The position numbers were made by a program, and so were the translations under genes. DNA of 64,000 bases from contig OY729428.2 of the NCBI GenBank assembly GCA_963422375.2, positions 832,001 through 896,000 of the forward strand, written 5' to 3'. The notes under the pieces were generated by a model. The model was given only the letters and a program-made list of their open reading frames with translations. It ran no database searches and had not been told where the DNA came from. Numbering within the stretch: the first letter of the stretch is position 1; each line of letters begins with the position of its first letter. Below, piece after piece: positions 1 through 12,059 of the stretch. Origin of the DNA: Bryobacterales bacterium (lineage in GTDB: Bacteria > Acidobacteriota > Terriglobia > Bryobacterales > UBA6623).

Positions 1-1397
<1,397 letters not shown>

Positions 1398-2229
1398 AGC
1401 GCTCAAGTATCCTTGGAAGCTGGCCGGACTTAGGTGCCGGCAAGGGGGGCGGCAGTCGACAGCTCCAAGTGCTGACCGAGCCTAAACCCCATCGTAGCAC
1501 CCGAACGGCCGTCCGGACAACGGCTCGACTCGCACGCCAGGCTCGGCTGGGAGGTAACGCTCGGGGCAGCCCCGGCCGCCTGTGGCTGCAGTCGCTCGCC
1601 GAGCGGAGGGCCGGGTCGCCCTTGGAGCGCGACAGGCCGGAGGGGAGGGCCGCCGGGGGAAGAACGGTCTGGCGCAAGGCGAACGAAAAGGCTGGCGGGC
1701 CCGCGACGTGTCCAAGCGGGCCGCCCGGAAGCGTAAGTCAGCTAGTCGCCAACGACGCAATGCGTCCCGGTACCCGGCTTAGCAGCTTCAGAGTGGATTG
1801 CCCCGAAGCCCAAGCGCCGGAAACTTCGAGAGTTGTGCCACATTCAGTCATGAAGCGTCACGGAAACCAACGCCTACGGAAACCGCGGAAAGCGCAATTC
1901 CTGTCGATTAACGGCGAAAGTGTCGTCCCTGAGCTGGCGGACCACCCGGAAACCGAGGATCGTCCTGCCACCCACCTAACTCAAGACAATACGCGGCTCA
2001 ACTGCAACTAGCGAATTCGCTGACGGACGGGCATTGAAGGGTTGCTGCATCCGAGTCAGATTGGCCCCATTGGACAGGCTGTTTCGGCGTGAGGACGAAG
2101 CTTGGCAGGTGGCCTAGGATTCGATCTTCATCGCAAGGGCCTAGGCCATGCCGGGCTGTTCCGCAGCGCACGACTTGGGTTTGCTCAGGTCAGGCACGGT
2201 GTTCCACCATCCAGCCTTGCTTGGGCCAC

Positions 2230-2683
2230 TCACGAACCCTCCTCACGAGCCGCGACCAAAGTCGAGCCTACTTGGGGCTCGACACTTTGCACTTTGCGAG
2301 TGAAGTCGAGAATCTCCTCAAAGGCTGGGTGATCTAGGCCCCAGATGCTTTTCCTCGCGGCTACTCCCAGTGAAAGATTTGGTTCATCAGTGGTAGAAAT
2401 ATATGCCCGAACTACGGACTTTTCTGGCCTCTTCAGCTGTCTACAACTGATTGATTTTATGCAAGAAAAGTACTTCTCTATACAACAATATACTGGATCA
2501 TATCGGATAGATTCAATGACGACAGATTCAAGCATTTCCTTGCCTGTATCATCGGCGAGAATCATCACACCGATTGATGGATTTTGGCCCACAAACTGAA
2601 AATGATCTGTTGGTTTTAGATGGCGTCCACAACGGGCTCTCTTCCACTACGCCTCATTTTGACACCTGCACGACAATGCTCAT
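2230..2683 (-). pseudogene. DUF3226-like (Toprim-type) partner of AAA ATPase, internally deleted
   Basis: C-terminal part (GKEMLES...CIEKYFSC...KSVVRAYIS...LGVAARKSIWGLDHPAF) resembles DUF3226; an ATG at 2683 overlaps the ATPase stop, but the N-terminal half is missing; AT-rich. Confidence 0.6.
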
Positions 2684-3739
2684 CGAACCTCCATGGAGAA
2701 CTTCATGGCTCCTTGAATAGCGTCTGGTCCATACGTGACACACCGGTTTCTTTGGTCCCGCACTTCAAGGCGGTGCAAGCGAAAGTCGTCGGAGGCTAGA
2801 ACCGAATTCATTGCTTCGACGCACTCATAACTGTGCGTGGTGGCTATCACTTGAGTGTTGTTGGCATCGGAAGCCTTGTCAATCACTTTCCATACATGTT
2901 CGAGAACAGAGTGATGGAGGCCATTCTCGATCTCGTCGATGAGCAACACACCGTCGGGAACCGATAGCAGTGACAGCAGCAGGTCCGCAAGCCACACCAT
3001 GCCACCTCCCATCATCGAAATAGGAATCCATTTTTTCAGGCCGATGTCACACCATATCATCGGATTTCCCGAAGCCACGCTGTCGTCCAATGATTTAAGA
3101 TTCGGATCAATGACTTGCAGAGCCTGCTTCATGAGGTCGACATTCTTGCTTACTTTGAGCCTCCCGAACCGCACAGCTTCGCTCTCAACGATTCGAAATC
3201 TCGGCGATTTCAATGCAATATTGAAGGGCACAACGTTCTCTTTCGGAGGATCTGACCATATGGAATCACCTGATTCTCTGACTCGAGCTTCCATTTTCAC
3301 CTTCGAGTCGCTCGTCGTGAACTTTATCAACAACTGATAGGAATCTAGGAGATTTGTCGTCTGCTCGACTCCCGGTTTCTTATTCCTTGAGATTGGAGGA
3401 TGGGAGTGGTCGGTTTCAATTGTGAGTTTTGTTGATCCATGTATCGAATGGTCTGCCCGAATTACTAGTCTGTGTCTCTAGATCCAGATCGCAAAACAAT
3501 GGTTCCCATAGAGTTCTCTTGATTACATCAGATATATTGCCATCGTAGGCGACGTCTCTCACAATCACTGGATTCACTAAATTGCTTGGATTTGCGCCGT
3601 TTCCAAGCAAGAACAGTGCTTCTAATAACGAAGATTTTCCGGAGTTGTTCCTCCCAGAGAAGAGATTGATTCTCTTGAGATCGCGGACTTCAAGGTCTCG
3701 TAGAATCCGATAGTTGCCAATGTGAATGCTGCGTAGCAC
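2680..3739 (-). pseudogene. AAA_15/AAA_21 (ABC-type) ATPase, split
   Basis: N-part 3416-3739 has Walker A GRNNSGKS; C-part 2680-3333 has MGGG signature, LLIDEIENGLH and TTHS; disrupted around 3334-3460; AGGAGG upstream of GTG 3739. Confidence 0.85.
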
Positions 3740-4156
3740 TAAGTCCGAGCCCCCTCCTGCCGACGGCCTGCCTCACTTCTAGTATAGCACACGTTCCGGA
3801 CGGACTTCGGGCTCCGATCCCGGACGTTGATCAGCGTGCGTCACGGAGAGGGCGGTTCCACGCAGAAGCTCGTAGGCTCGCCTCTCGCTTCCTACAGTTC
3901 GACAAGCCCTCTGTGGGTGAACATCCCTGGTAGACTCACATCTGCGTCGAGGCGGCAGCGACCCACGCCTAGCCGACTGCGTAGCTCACATGCAGGGGCA
4001 CGGCCGGGCATGGCGGCGGGGCTGAACTTGCGGGCGAGCGTCAGGTCTCGTCCGGAGGCCGACGGCGGCACGCCGACTTGTGAAGGCTGCGCACTCACCG
4101 CGACGGCGGGCTAGAATGCAATTTCGGTGGCAGCTTGCGCGAAAGCGACCGGCGAG

Positions 4157-4460
4157 ATGGTGCGACAGATCTGGGAGCAGCTGCTGGACTCTGATCGAAT
4201 GTGCCGACACTACGAGCACTTGGTGCAGCGCCCAAGTCGAGTGGGCAACTGGCTGAAGACCGGCACGGTCTGTGCCTCTTCCGGTCCAGTGATCGCCTAC
4301 CTAGCGCCCCTACCCGTGTGGATTCCTAGAGCCGCCGTGGCCACGACGGCAGTGGCGATCTACCTGCTGGCAATCAGACGGTATCGGGAGAAGGCCGCAC
4401 GAAGCGCCGACATCGACCGACAGATGGCGAGAATCCAAGCCCAATCCGAAACCCGATTGA
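4157..4460 (+). pseudogene. 2-TM SLATT-like membrane protein remnant
   Basis: IWEQLLDSDRMCRHYEHL followed by two degraded hydrophobic segments and YREKAA; downstream reading becomes non-protein-like. Confidence 0.4.
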
Positions 4461-4866
4461 CGGGACACTGCGACACGGCAGGCGCGCAACCTCGGTACAG
4501 TGCATGGTCGCTAGCACCTTCAGGCGCTCGGGAGGCTCTGGCGCAGGCGTCCCGGAACGGTCTGGCCGCGGATCGTTCGCTTCGCCGCGTTCGTCCGGGG
4601 AAGCCCGGGCCCGCTAATTCCCGCCCGCATGAGCCTCCCCATCGTGCCTCGTCCGATATTCGGCGACCGCGCGCGGCTCCCGGGGCGGAGCCGACCGGCG
4701 GATGGCCCTCGCGCCGTGTTCGAGCCCGTCCCGCCGGACAGACTCCATAGCCCTGACCGCGCTGCGTTCCCGGTCTGTCTTGGCTTCGACCCGGGCCTCG
4801 ACAGCCGCGGGTAGGTACGAGTTGTGCCGCGGGCGCTGCCGACCCGCGAACCGCGGTCAGGTTAAC

Positions 4867-5697
4867 ATGGGGAATTCGCAGGCCAGCAGCGCCAGCCCGA
4901 CGATGAAGAAGAACGCCATCCAAGAGGCCCGGCCCGCCGGGAAGCAAGCGTCGCGCCGCCCAGAGCCTTCTCGCGGGGTCATTGCCGAATGGACGGTCAC
5001 GATCCTGCTGCTGCTCTTCGGGACCACCACCCTAGTCCAAGCCTTCGTGATCCCGACCGGCTCGATGGAGGAGTCGCTGCTGATCGGCGACCACCTGCTG
5101 GTCGACAAGCTGGCCTACGCGCCGGAGGGCGTCATCAGCCAGTATCTGCTGCCCTACCAAGACGTCGAGCGCGGCGACATCGTGGTGTTCCGCTATCCGA
5201 TCGACCTGCACCAGACCTTCGTGAAGCGGGTCGTGGGCGTGCCCGGCGACCGCATACGCATCGTGGACAAGGAGCTGTGGATTAACGGCAACCGGGTCGT
5301 GGAGCCGTACGTCGTCTACAAGAGCGATTTCATCGACGCCTACCGCGACAACTTTCCGTCCGTGCCCACGTCCATGCAGATCTACGAGCCGGCCATGCGC
5401 ATGCTGCGCGAGAACGTCGAGGACGGCGAGCTCGTGGTTCCCGAGGGGCAGTTCTTCGCCATGGGCGACAACCGCGACCAATCTCTCGACAGCCGCTACT
5501 GGGGTTTCGTGCCGCGGGACCATATCATCGGCAAGCCGCTCATTATCTATTGGTCCTACGACGCACCGACCTCGCACCTGCAGGATCCCGGCATCTCGCT
5601 CGAGCACTTGAGGGACCTAGCCTTGAACTTCTTTACGAAGACCCGCTGGACGCGCACCTTCAAGCTCATCCGAGGTCACGACTTGGAGACACGCTGA
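4867..5697 (+). CDS. lepB: Signal peptidase I
   Basis: IPTGSM (catalytic Ser), FVKRVVGVPGD (Lys), MGDNRDQSLDSRYWG; N-terminal TM; start 4867 or 4903. Confidence 0.95.
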   Translation: MGNSQASSASPTMKKNAIQEARPAGKQASRRPEPSRGVIAEWTVTILLLLFGTTTLVQAFVIPTGSMEESLLIGDHLLVDKLAYAPEGVISQYLLPYQDVERGDIVVFRYPIDLHQTFVKRVVGVPGDRIRIVDKELWINGNRVVEPYVVYKSDFIDAYRDNFPSVPTSMQIYEPAMRMLRENVEDGELVVPEGQFFAMGDNRDQSLDSRYWGFVPRDHIIGKPLIIYWSYDAPTSHLQDPGISLEHLRDLALNFFTKTRWTRTFKLIRGHDLETR

Positions 5698-5716
5698 GCG
5701 CCCCGCCCGGGCATTC

Positions 5717-6799
5717 ATGCGAACCCAGGCGCACCGGCACGCGGTAATTCTGGCAGGCGGCCGAGGTGTGCGCTTCTGGCCCCGCAGCCGGGCCCGCTTG
5801 CCTAAGCAGCTGCTTTCCCCGCTGGGTGGCGCCTCGCTCCTCCGCCGCACTTACGAGCGAGTCCTCGGCGCGTTCGAGCCCGACCGGATCTGGGTCGTTA
5901 CGGCGGCCTCGCTGCGCGAAGCGGTGGCCGGCGAGCTTCCCGAGGTGGCTGCCCGCCGCTTGATTTCCGAGCCCGAGCAGCGCAACACGGCCCCGGCCAT
6001 CGGCCTCGTAGCGGCCCTGCTGCTGCGCGAGGACCCGGACGCCGTGATGGGCACCTTCCCCTCCGACCACCACTTCGAGCGCGAGAGCGCCTACCGCAGG
6101 GCACTCCCTCGCCTGCTCGAGGCAACGGCCCTGGACCGTCTGATCGTCCTAGGAATCGAGCCGGCCTGGCCGGAAACGGGCTACGGCTACATCGAATTTC
6201 CCGTCGGCACCGGACCTGGCTTGGTCGAACCGACGCCCGTCGTCCAGTTCCGCGAGAAACCGGACCGCGAGACCGCGAGGCGGTTCGTTGCGGCCGAGCA
6301 CTTTTTCTGGAACAGCGGCCAGTTCTTCTGGAAGGCGGGCGTGCTGGCGGAGGAAATGCGCCGGTACCTGCCGGCCACCTGGGCGACCCTGTCATGGATC
6401 GCGCGAGGCCCGGAGCGCAGCTTCGAGACCCGGCTCGCGGAGCGCTATGCAGCCTGCGAGAGCGTTTCGGTCGACCGAGCCGTCCTGGAACGCTCTCAGC
6501 GCGTCTCCGGCTTCGCGGTCAATGACGTTGGCTGGAGCGACATTGGCAGCTGGGATGCGCTGCACTCTCTCACGCCGAAGGACTCGCACGGAAACGGCGC
6601 GCTGACTGACGCAACCTTCGTGAACGCGCAGGGCAACTTCGTCGACGTGCCCGGCAAGCACGCGGCGATGGTCGGCGTCGACGACCTCGTCGTGGTCGAG
6701 ACCTCCGACGCCCTGTTGATCTGCCGACGCGGCGCGGCTCAAGATGTGCGGTCGGCGGTGGACGCGGTCCGCAAGTCGGGCCGGGACGACCTCCTATGA
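5717..6799 (+). CDS. manC: Mannose-1-phosphate guanylyltransferase
   Basis: ILAGGRGVRFWPRSR..PKQ, EPEQRNTAPAI, PSDH, ETGYGYI, FREKP, WNSG, GWSDIGSW. Confidence 0.93.
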   Translation: MRTQAHRHAVILAGGRGVRFWPRSRARLPKQLLSPLGGASLLRRTYERVLGAFEPDRIWVVTAASLREAVAGELPEVAARRLISEPEQRNTAPAIGLVAALLLREDPDAVMGTFPSDHHFERESAYRRALPRLLEATALDRLIVLGIEPAWPETGYGYIEFPVGTGPGLVEPTPVVQFREKPDRETARRFVAAEHFFWNSGQFFWKAGVLAEEMRRYLPATWATLSWIARGPERSFETRLAERYAACESVSVDRAVLERSQRVSGFAVNDVGWSDIGSWDALHSLTPKDSHGNGALTDATFVNAQGNFVDVPGKHAAMVGVDDLVVVETSDALLICRRGAAQDVRSAVDAVRKSGRDDLL

Positions 6800-7453
6800 G
6801 AACGTCGGCCCCCGCGACACGAACCAGCGCCGCAGGCGCGGCGGGAGGCCGGGATCCATCCGCAGGCGGTGCAGGTCCGACAGGCCGTCGATGTCGTATG
6901 CCGAGGTGGGCGTCACGGCCGCTCGGAGACCGGCGGCTCGCAGTGCCTTGAGGCAGACGTCGCAGGTGTCCTTCCTAGACCAAGCCACGCCCCGGAACAT
7001 CCCCGGGGCCGTTCGCACGGCAGCGATCAACGAAAACCCGCCGTCCTCGGCCGGGCCCAGCACTGCCTCGCACGGCCCGAGGCATCCGAGCGCCTCCCTG
7101 ATCTGGGCACTCGGCAGCGTAGGCGCGTCACTCCCGACGAGCAACGCGCACCGGTGGCCCGCGCCGAGCAACTCGTCTAGGCAGTTCCGCATCTTGTCGC
7201 CCAAGTCGGCGCCGCGCTGGAGGCGGTAGCGGCCTCCGCCCGCCGCCGCGAATTCCGGCCACCAGACGTCGCAGTAGAAGTAAGGGTCGACTCGAGGAAA
7301 TGCCCCGATGCGTTCCCAAGTCGCCAAGGCGCACTCCCGGTGGAAGCTCGCGGCTTCGTCGGAGCCGAGGGCCGCGGCGAGCCGTGTCTTGACCCTGCCG
7401 GGCCGAGGCGCCTTGGCGAACATCGCCAGCGCCGTGTGGGCTAGGTCGGGCAC
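6794..7453 (-). CDS. DUF2064/TIGR04282-family glycosyltransferase-like protein
   Basis: FAKAPRPGRVKTRL, QRGADLG, VGSDAP, LGPAEDGG, DID motifs; convergent 6-bp overlap with manC. Confidence 0.85.
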   Translation of the reverse strand: MPDLAHTALAMFAKAPRPGRVKTRLAAALGSDEAASFHRECALATWERIGAFPRVDPYFYCDVWWPEFAAAGGGRYRLQRGADLGDKMRNCLDELLGAGHRCALLVGSDAPTLPSAQIREALGCLGPCEAVLGPAEDGGFSLIAAVRTAPGMFRGVAWSRKDTCDVCLKALRAAGLRAAVTPTSAYDIDGLSDLHRLRMDPGLPPRLRRWFVSRGPTFS

Positions 7454-7667
7454 TCGAATCCGCCGCGGCGGTACGCCGCGACTCTCGCGGGCTGATCACC
7501 GCGGTGTCGCCGGCTACGTCGAGGGCGCGTCGCGATCCCCCGTGGGCTGGGGCGCGTTCGCGCGGCCTCCCGGAGGGGGTGCCTGCCGATTGACGGGCCC
7601 CGCGGAATCGCCGGGGCCGCAGCGAATCTTGGCGCGCAAGACGCGTTCAACTTAGTATCAGTATGGG

Positions 7668-8462
7668 GTGGAGGGAACTTCCGGGCGGAGTGCGACGTTG
7701 ACGGCCCTTGTCGTAGACGACGAGCAGCTGGCCAGGGAGGAGCTTCGATTCCTCCTGCGCTCCTTTCCCAAGGTCGAGGTCGTGGGCGAGGCCGCGGACG
7801 GCCCGGAGGCTCTGGAGCGGATCGAGGAGCTCTCCCCCGACGTGGTATTCCTCGACGTCCAGATGCCCGGTCTCAGCGGGCTGGGCGTGGTGCGCGAAAT
7901 CCTAGCGCGCGGAGGCACCCTGCCCCGGATCATATTCGCCACCGCGTTCGACCAGTATGCCGTGGAAGCGTTCGACGTCAACGCGGCGGACTACCTGCTC
8001 AAGCCGGTCGACAGGGACCGTCTCGGACGGTCGATCCGGCGGGCGCACGAACTCGTCCACTCGCCGGAGCGGGAGTCGGAACGCATGGCCCGCCTCCTGG
8101 CAAGCGTCCGGGAGCGCACGGGGCCGCCGGCGAAGGTTCTCGTGCGCACGGGAATCCGCATGATGCTCGTCGACGCCGGCGACGTGATCTTCGCGACCGT
8201 GAAGGACGGCTCCGTCCGCATCGTGGCGACCGAATTCGAAGGGCACAGCAACTACAAGACGCTTGACGACCTGCAGTCGACCCTGAGCGAGCCGGTCTTC
8301 TGGCGCCCGCACCGGTCCTATATCGTGAACATCAACCGGATCAAGGAAGTCACGCCGTGGTTCAAGTCGAACTACCAGCTAGTGATGAGCGACCGGGACC
8401 GTACGGAGATCCCGGTCAGCCGCGGGCAGACCAAGCGGCTGCGCGAGCTGTTCCGCCTGTGA
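7668..8462 (+). CDS. LytR/AlgR-family response regulator (REC + LytTR)
   Basis: VVDDE, FLDVQMPG, FATAFDQYAVEAF, DYLLKP; LytTR FWRPHRSYIVN and IPVSR. Confidence 0.95.
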   Translation: MEGTSGRSATLTALVVDDEQLAREELRFLLRSFPKVEVVGEAADGPEALERIEELSPDVVFLDVQMPGLSGLGVVREILARGGTLPRIIFATAFDQYAVEAFDVNAADYLLKPVDRDRLGRSIRRAHELVHSPERESERMARLLASVRERTGPPAKVLVRTGIRMMLVDAGDVIFATVKDGSVRIVATEFEGHSNYKTLDDLQSTLSEPVFWRPHRSYIVNINRIKEVTPWFKSNYQLVMSDRDRTEIPVSRGQTKRLRELFRL

Positions 8463-8569
8463 CCTGACCGGCCGGGATTCCCTAGGGACGGGCCGGCGGC
8501 AGGCTGCTCTCACGAGCGAGCTGCGGGTCGAGCGCAGCGCGGGGCCCCGAAACCCCTATTCTGGATGCG

Positions 8570-11500
8570 ATGGCGATTCGGTCACCGTTGCGAGCTGGCC
8601 GGCTCCTGCTAGCGTTCGGAGCGCTCGCGACCGCGATTCCCGCAAGCCGGGCCCAGTCGGTCGGAGGGAGCTTGTCGGGCGTTGTCCTCGACCCTTCCGG
8701 AGCCCGCGTTTCCGCGCGAGTCACGGTGACCGAACTCGACACCGGGCGACAGCACGAATCGCCCGCTCTGCCCGACGGCAGCTACCGCTTTCCGTCCCTG
8801 CCGCCGGGGCGGTACGACCTGCTGCCCCGGGCCGAGGGGCTGGCCGCTCCGGTTCGGCGCGTCCAGGTGCGCGTCGGCACGGTCGCGCGGCTCGACCTCG
8901 AAATGTCCGTAGCGGAGGCCCGGTTCAGCGTCGACGTGTCGGACGCGACGCCCTTGGTGGAACGAGGCACGGCCGCGCTAGGCACGGTGGTCGAGCGCGG
9001 CGAATTGCGCAACCTGCCGCTCAACCAAAGGGTGTTCCTCCCGCTGACGCTCCTCGCGGGCGGCTCCCACGCGGGCGCGCCCGGCTCCGAGCTCTCGACC
9101 CAGAACGACAGCGGCTTCCATGTCGCCGGGGCCCGCGAGGCCTCGAACAACTTCCTGCTCGACGGAATCGACAACAACGACCAGTACATCAACCGGCTCG
9201 TCGTCGGCCCGCCGCTCGACACCGTGCGGGAGTTTCGCCTGCATTCCTCCGGATACAGGGCCGAGTACGGGCGCAGCGCCGGGGCCCAGGTCAACGTCGT
9301 GAGCCGCTCCGGCACCAAGGAGCTGCACGGCTCCGCCTACCACTACGTGCGGAACGATGCCATGGACGCGCGCAACTACTTCGACCCGGCGGGCCAACCC
9401 ATGCCGCCCTACCGCCGGAACCAATTCGGAGGCACCCTCGGAGGGCCGCTGCCGCGCCACCCGACGTACTTCTTCGCCGGCTTCGAGGGGACCCGCATCC
9501 GGGACGCCGCGACGCGCACGGCGTCCGTGCCGTCCCCGGAGCAGCGAGCCGGCGACTTCGCGGCCCTGCACTCCCCGGTGATCGACCCGTTCGCCCAAGG
9601 GCCGTTTCCGAACAATCGGGTCCCGCGTGCCCGGCAAAGCCCGGCGGGGCGGGCCCTCGCCGCCCGCTGGCCCGACCCGAACCGTCCGGATGCAGTGCAG
9701 AACTTCGTCTCCACGCCGCTCGGCGACGCCCTGTCGAACCAGACGATGGGGCGGCTCGACCGCGACTTCGGAACGCGGAGCCGGTTATTCGCGAGGTACA
9801 ACTTCGGGCACCTGCGCGGCTTCGATCCGTTCTCGGGCAGCGACGTGCCCGGCTTCGGAAGCTTCACGGTCGACAGCGGCCGCCACCTAGCCACCTCGTT
9901 CACGCATGCCTTCTCGCCGTTCGCCCTGCTGGAGGCGAGGGCGGGGTTCAACCGCCTCAGCCGCGAAGTCATGCACCAGAACGCCGGACACGACATCGCG
10001 GGCGAGGTCGGCATCCCGGGCCTTTCCAAGGATCCCCGCTTCGTCGGCTTCCCCAGCGTGAACGTGGCCGGATTCGCCAGCCTCTCGGACGATACCGCGC
10101 TGCCGATCCTGCGAGACAGCCGCACGGTCCACCTGTCCGCCAGCGTGGCGAGGACGGGCTCGCGCCATCGACTGAAGTGGGGCGGGGAGCACCGCGGCAT
10201 CCGGATCGACGGCACCCAGGGGCTGTTCGGTCGCGGCCAGTTCAACTTTCTCGGGGCCATCTCCCAGCACCCGGTCTCCGACCTGCTGCTGGGCATCCCG
10301 ACGTACAGCATCCGCACGAGGGTCGACAACGACTTCCGGCAGCGTGCCCGGTTCTGGAACGGCTACCTTCAGGACGACTGGAAGCTCGGGCCGGGCCTGA
10401 CCGCGAGTCTCGGGCTGCGCTACGAATTCAACGAGCCGGCGTTCGACGCGGACGACCGCTTCTCCCAATTCGACCTGGAGTCCTCGCAGCTGGTCGAACC
10501 CGGTTCGACGCCGCTCGGCCGGGCGAGCTACGCCGCCGACCGCAACAACTTCGGACCGCGGGCCGGCCTCGCGTGGAGCCCCGGACCCGCGCTGGTGGCG
10601 CGCGCAGCCTACGGCATCTACTACGAGGTCAGCGTCTTGGAGGCCAACTCCGGACTGTACTTCAATCCCCCGTACTTCGATCTCTTCCTCTTCTTCCCGT
10701 CGCCGGTCTCCCTGCCGACCCTAGAGAATCCCTTCCCTGGCGACGGCTACACGCCTCCGGCCTCGGTCAACGCCGTCCAGCCTGACTACCGGACCGGCTA
10801 CGCGCAGCACTGGAACGCCGGCTTCGAGCGGGTCCTGCGCGGCAAGATCGTCGCCCGGGCGTCCTATGTCGGCTCGAAAGGATCCAAGCTGTTGCGACGG
10901 CGCAACGTCAACCAGCCCGCGCCCGGCCCGGGGGAGATCGATCCCAGGCGTCCCACAGCCGGATTCGCCAACATCGTGCTGTTCGAATCGGGCGCGTCAT
11001 CGACCTATCACTCGGGAGTCCTCGCTCTCGAGCGGCGATTCGGCGGGCGGGCGGGATTCCGCGCGACCTACACCTGGGCCAAGTCCATCGACGACGTCTC
11101 CGCGTTCCTCGGATCGGCGGGCGACGGGGCCTTCCCTCAGAACAGCCACGACCTGCGGGCGGAACGGGGCCTGTCCAACTTCGACCAGCGCCACCGGCTG
11201 GTCTTCTCCCTCCAAGCCGCCGTGCCGTCGCGCCACTGGCTGCTCGGCGGCTGGCGGGCCTTCGCCATCGGCACGCTCGCGGGCGGGCGTCCACTGACGC
11301 CGCAGCTGGCCGAGGACAACTCGAACACCGGCAACACCGGGGGCATCTTCGGCTCGGACCGGCCGAACCTGGTCGACCGACCGAACGCGGGAGGGGCGCG
11401 CCCGGAGCGTTTCTTCGACGAGACGGCCTTCTCGCTGCCTCCCGCCCTGGCATTCGGCAGTGCGGGCCGCAACATCCTCACGGGTCCGGGCACCTCCTCG

Positions 11501-11695
11501 ATAGACGTTGCGCTGGTCCGATCACTGGAATTGACCGAAGGTGTCACCGCGGAAGTGAGAGCCGAAGCCTTCAATCTCGCTAACCGGGCGAATTTCGGAT
11601 TGCCGCAACGCACCTTCGGCCTGCCAACCTTCGGGCGAATCCTGTCGGCGGACCAGGCCCGCCAGATCCAGCTAGGCCTCCGCTTCTCGTTCTAG
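8570..11695 (+). CDS. TonB-dependent receptor with N-terminal carboxypeptidase-regulatory-like domain
   Basis: Signal peptide, NNFLLDGIDNN plug, RNQFGGTLGGP, YLQDDWK, C-terminal RQIQLGLRFSF. Confidence 0.93.
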   Translation: MAIRSPLRAGRLLLAFGALATAIPASRAQSVGGSLSGVVLDPSGARVSARVTVTELDTGRQHESPALPDGSYRFPSLPPGRYDLLPRAEGLAAPVRRVQVRVGTVARLDLEMSVAEARFSVDVSDATPLVERGTAALGTVVERGELRNLPLNQRVFLPLTLLAGGSHAGAPGSELSTQNDSGFHVAGAREASNNFLLDGIDNNDQYINRLVVGPPLDTVREFRLHSSGYRAEYGRSAGAQVNVVSRSGTKELHGSAYHYVRNDAMDARNYFDPAGQPMPPYRRNQFGGTLGGPLPRHPTYFFAGFEGTRIRDAATRTASVPSPEQRAGDFAALHSPVIDPFAQGPFPNNRVPRARQSPAGRALAARWPDPNRPDAVQNFVSTPLGDALSNQTMGRLDRDFGTRSRLFARYNFGHLRGFDPFSGSDVPGFGSFTVDSGRHLATSFTHAFSPFALLEARAGFNRLSREVMHQNAGHDIAGEVGIPGLSKDPRFVGFPSVNVAGFASLSDDTALPILRDSRTVHLSASVARTGSRHRLKWGGEHRGIRIDGTQGLFGRGQFNFLGAISQHPVSDLLLGIPTYSIRTRVDNDFRQRARFWNGYLQDDWKLGPGLTASLGLRYEFNEPAFDADDRFSQFDLESSQLVEPGSTPLGRASYAADRNNFGPRAGLAWSPGPALVARAAYGIYYEVSVLEANSGLYFNPPYFDLFLFFPSPVSLPTLENPFPGDGYTPPASVNAVQPDYRTGYAQHWNAGFERVLRGKIVARASYVGSKGSKLLRRRNVNQPAPGPGEIDPRRPTAGFANIVLFESGASSTYHSGVLALERRFGGRAGFRATYTWAKSIDDVSAFLGSAGDGAFPQNSHDLRAERGLSNFDQRHRLVFSLQAAVPSRHWLLGGWRAFAIGTLAGGRPLTPQLAEDNSNTGNTGGIFGSDRPNLVDRPNAGGARPERFFDETAFSLPPALAFGSAGRNILTGPGTSSIDVALVRSLELTEGVTAEVRAEAFNLANRANFGLPQRTFGLPTFGRILSADQARQIQLGLRFSF

Positions 11696-12059
11696 GCGCT
11701 GCACAAGGGCAGCCCCTGCGGCACGGGCTGTGTCCGGCGACGCGGATGCCGCGGCGCCGGGCTCCGAGGCGGATCGGATTGCTAGGTTCAGACGACCGTT
11801 GGCGCCTGTGTCGAGATCCAGCAGTGATCAGCCGCTCCTTTCCCGGTCCGCTCGATCTCGCGACGGCAGGCCCGGTAGGGCTTGCGCGAGGACGCCGTAG
11901 CCGGAAGAGACGCCTCGCGGGCGGCCCCGCAAGCGCTCGGAACTACTCGGTCGGCGCTGTTCCGATCAGGGGCGCCGGGACGCAGGGCCGTCCCGAGCGC
12001 AACGAAAGCGCCGCGCCACCGCGGCTGCACGCCCGCACCGCCCCGGTCGTCTTGCATCA

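Noticed and set aside
1410..2229. Possible ncRNA or 180-aa ORF upstream of icd
   Set aside because: No recognisable tmRNA, RNase P, SRP or riboswitch motifs, and the ORF has no protein-like features.
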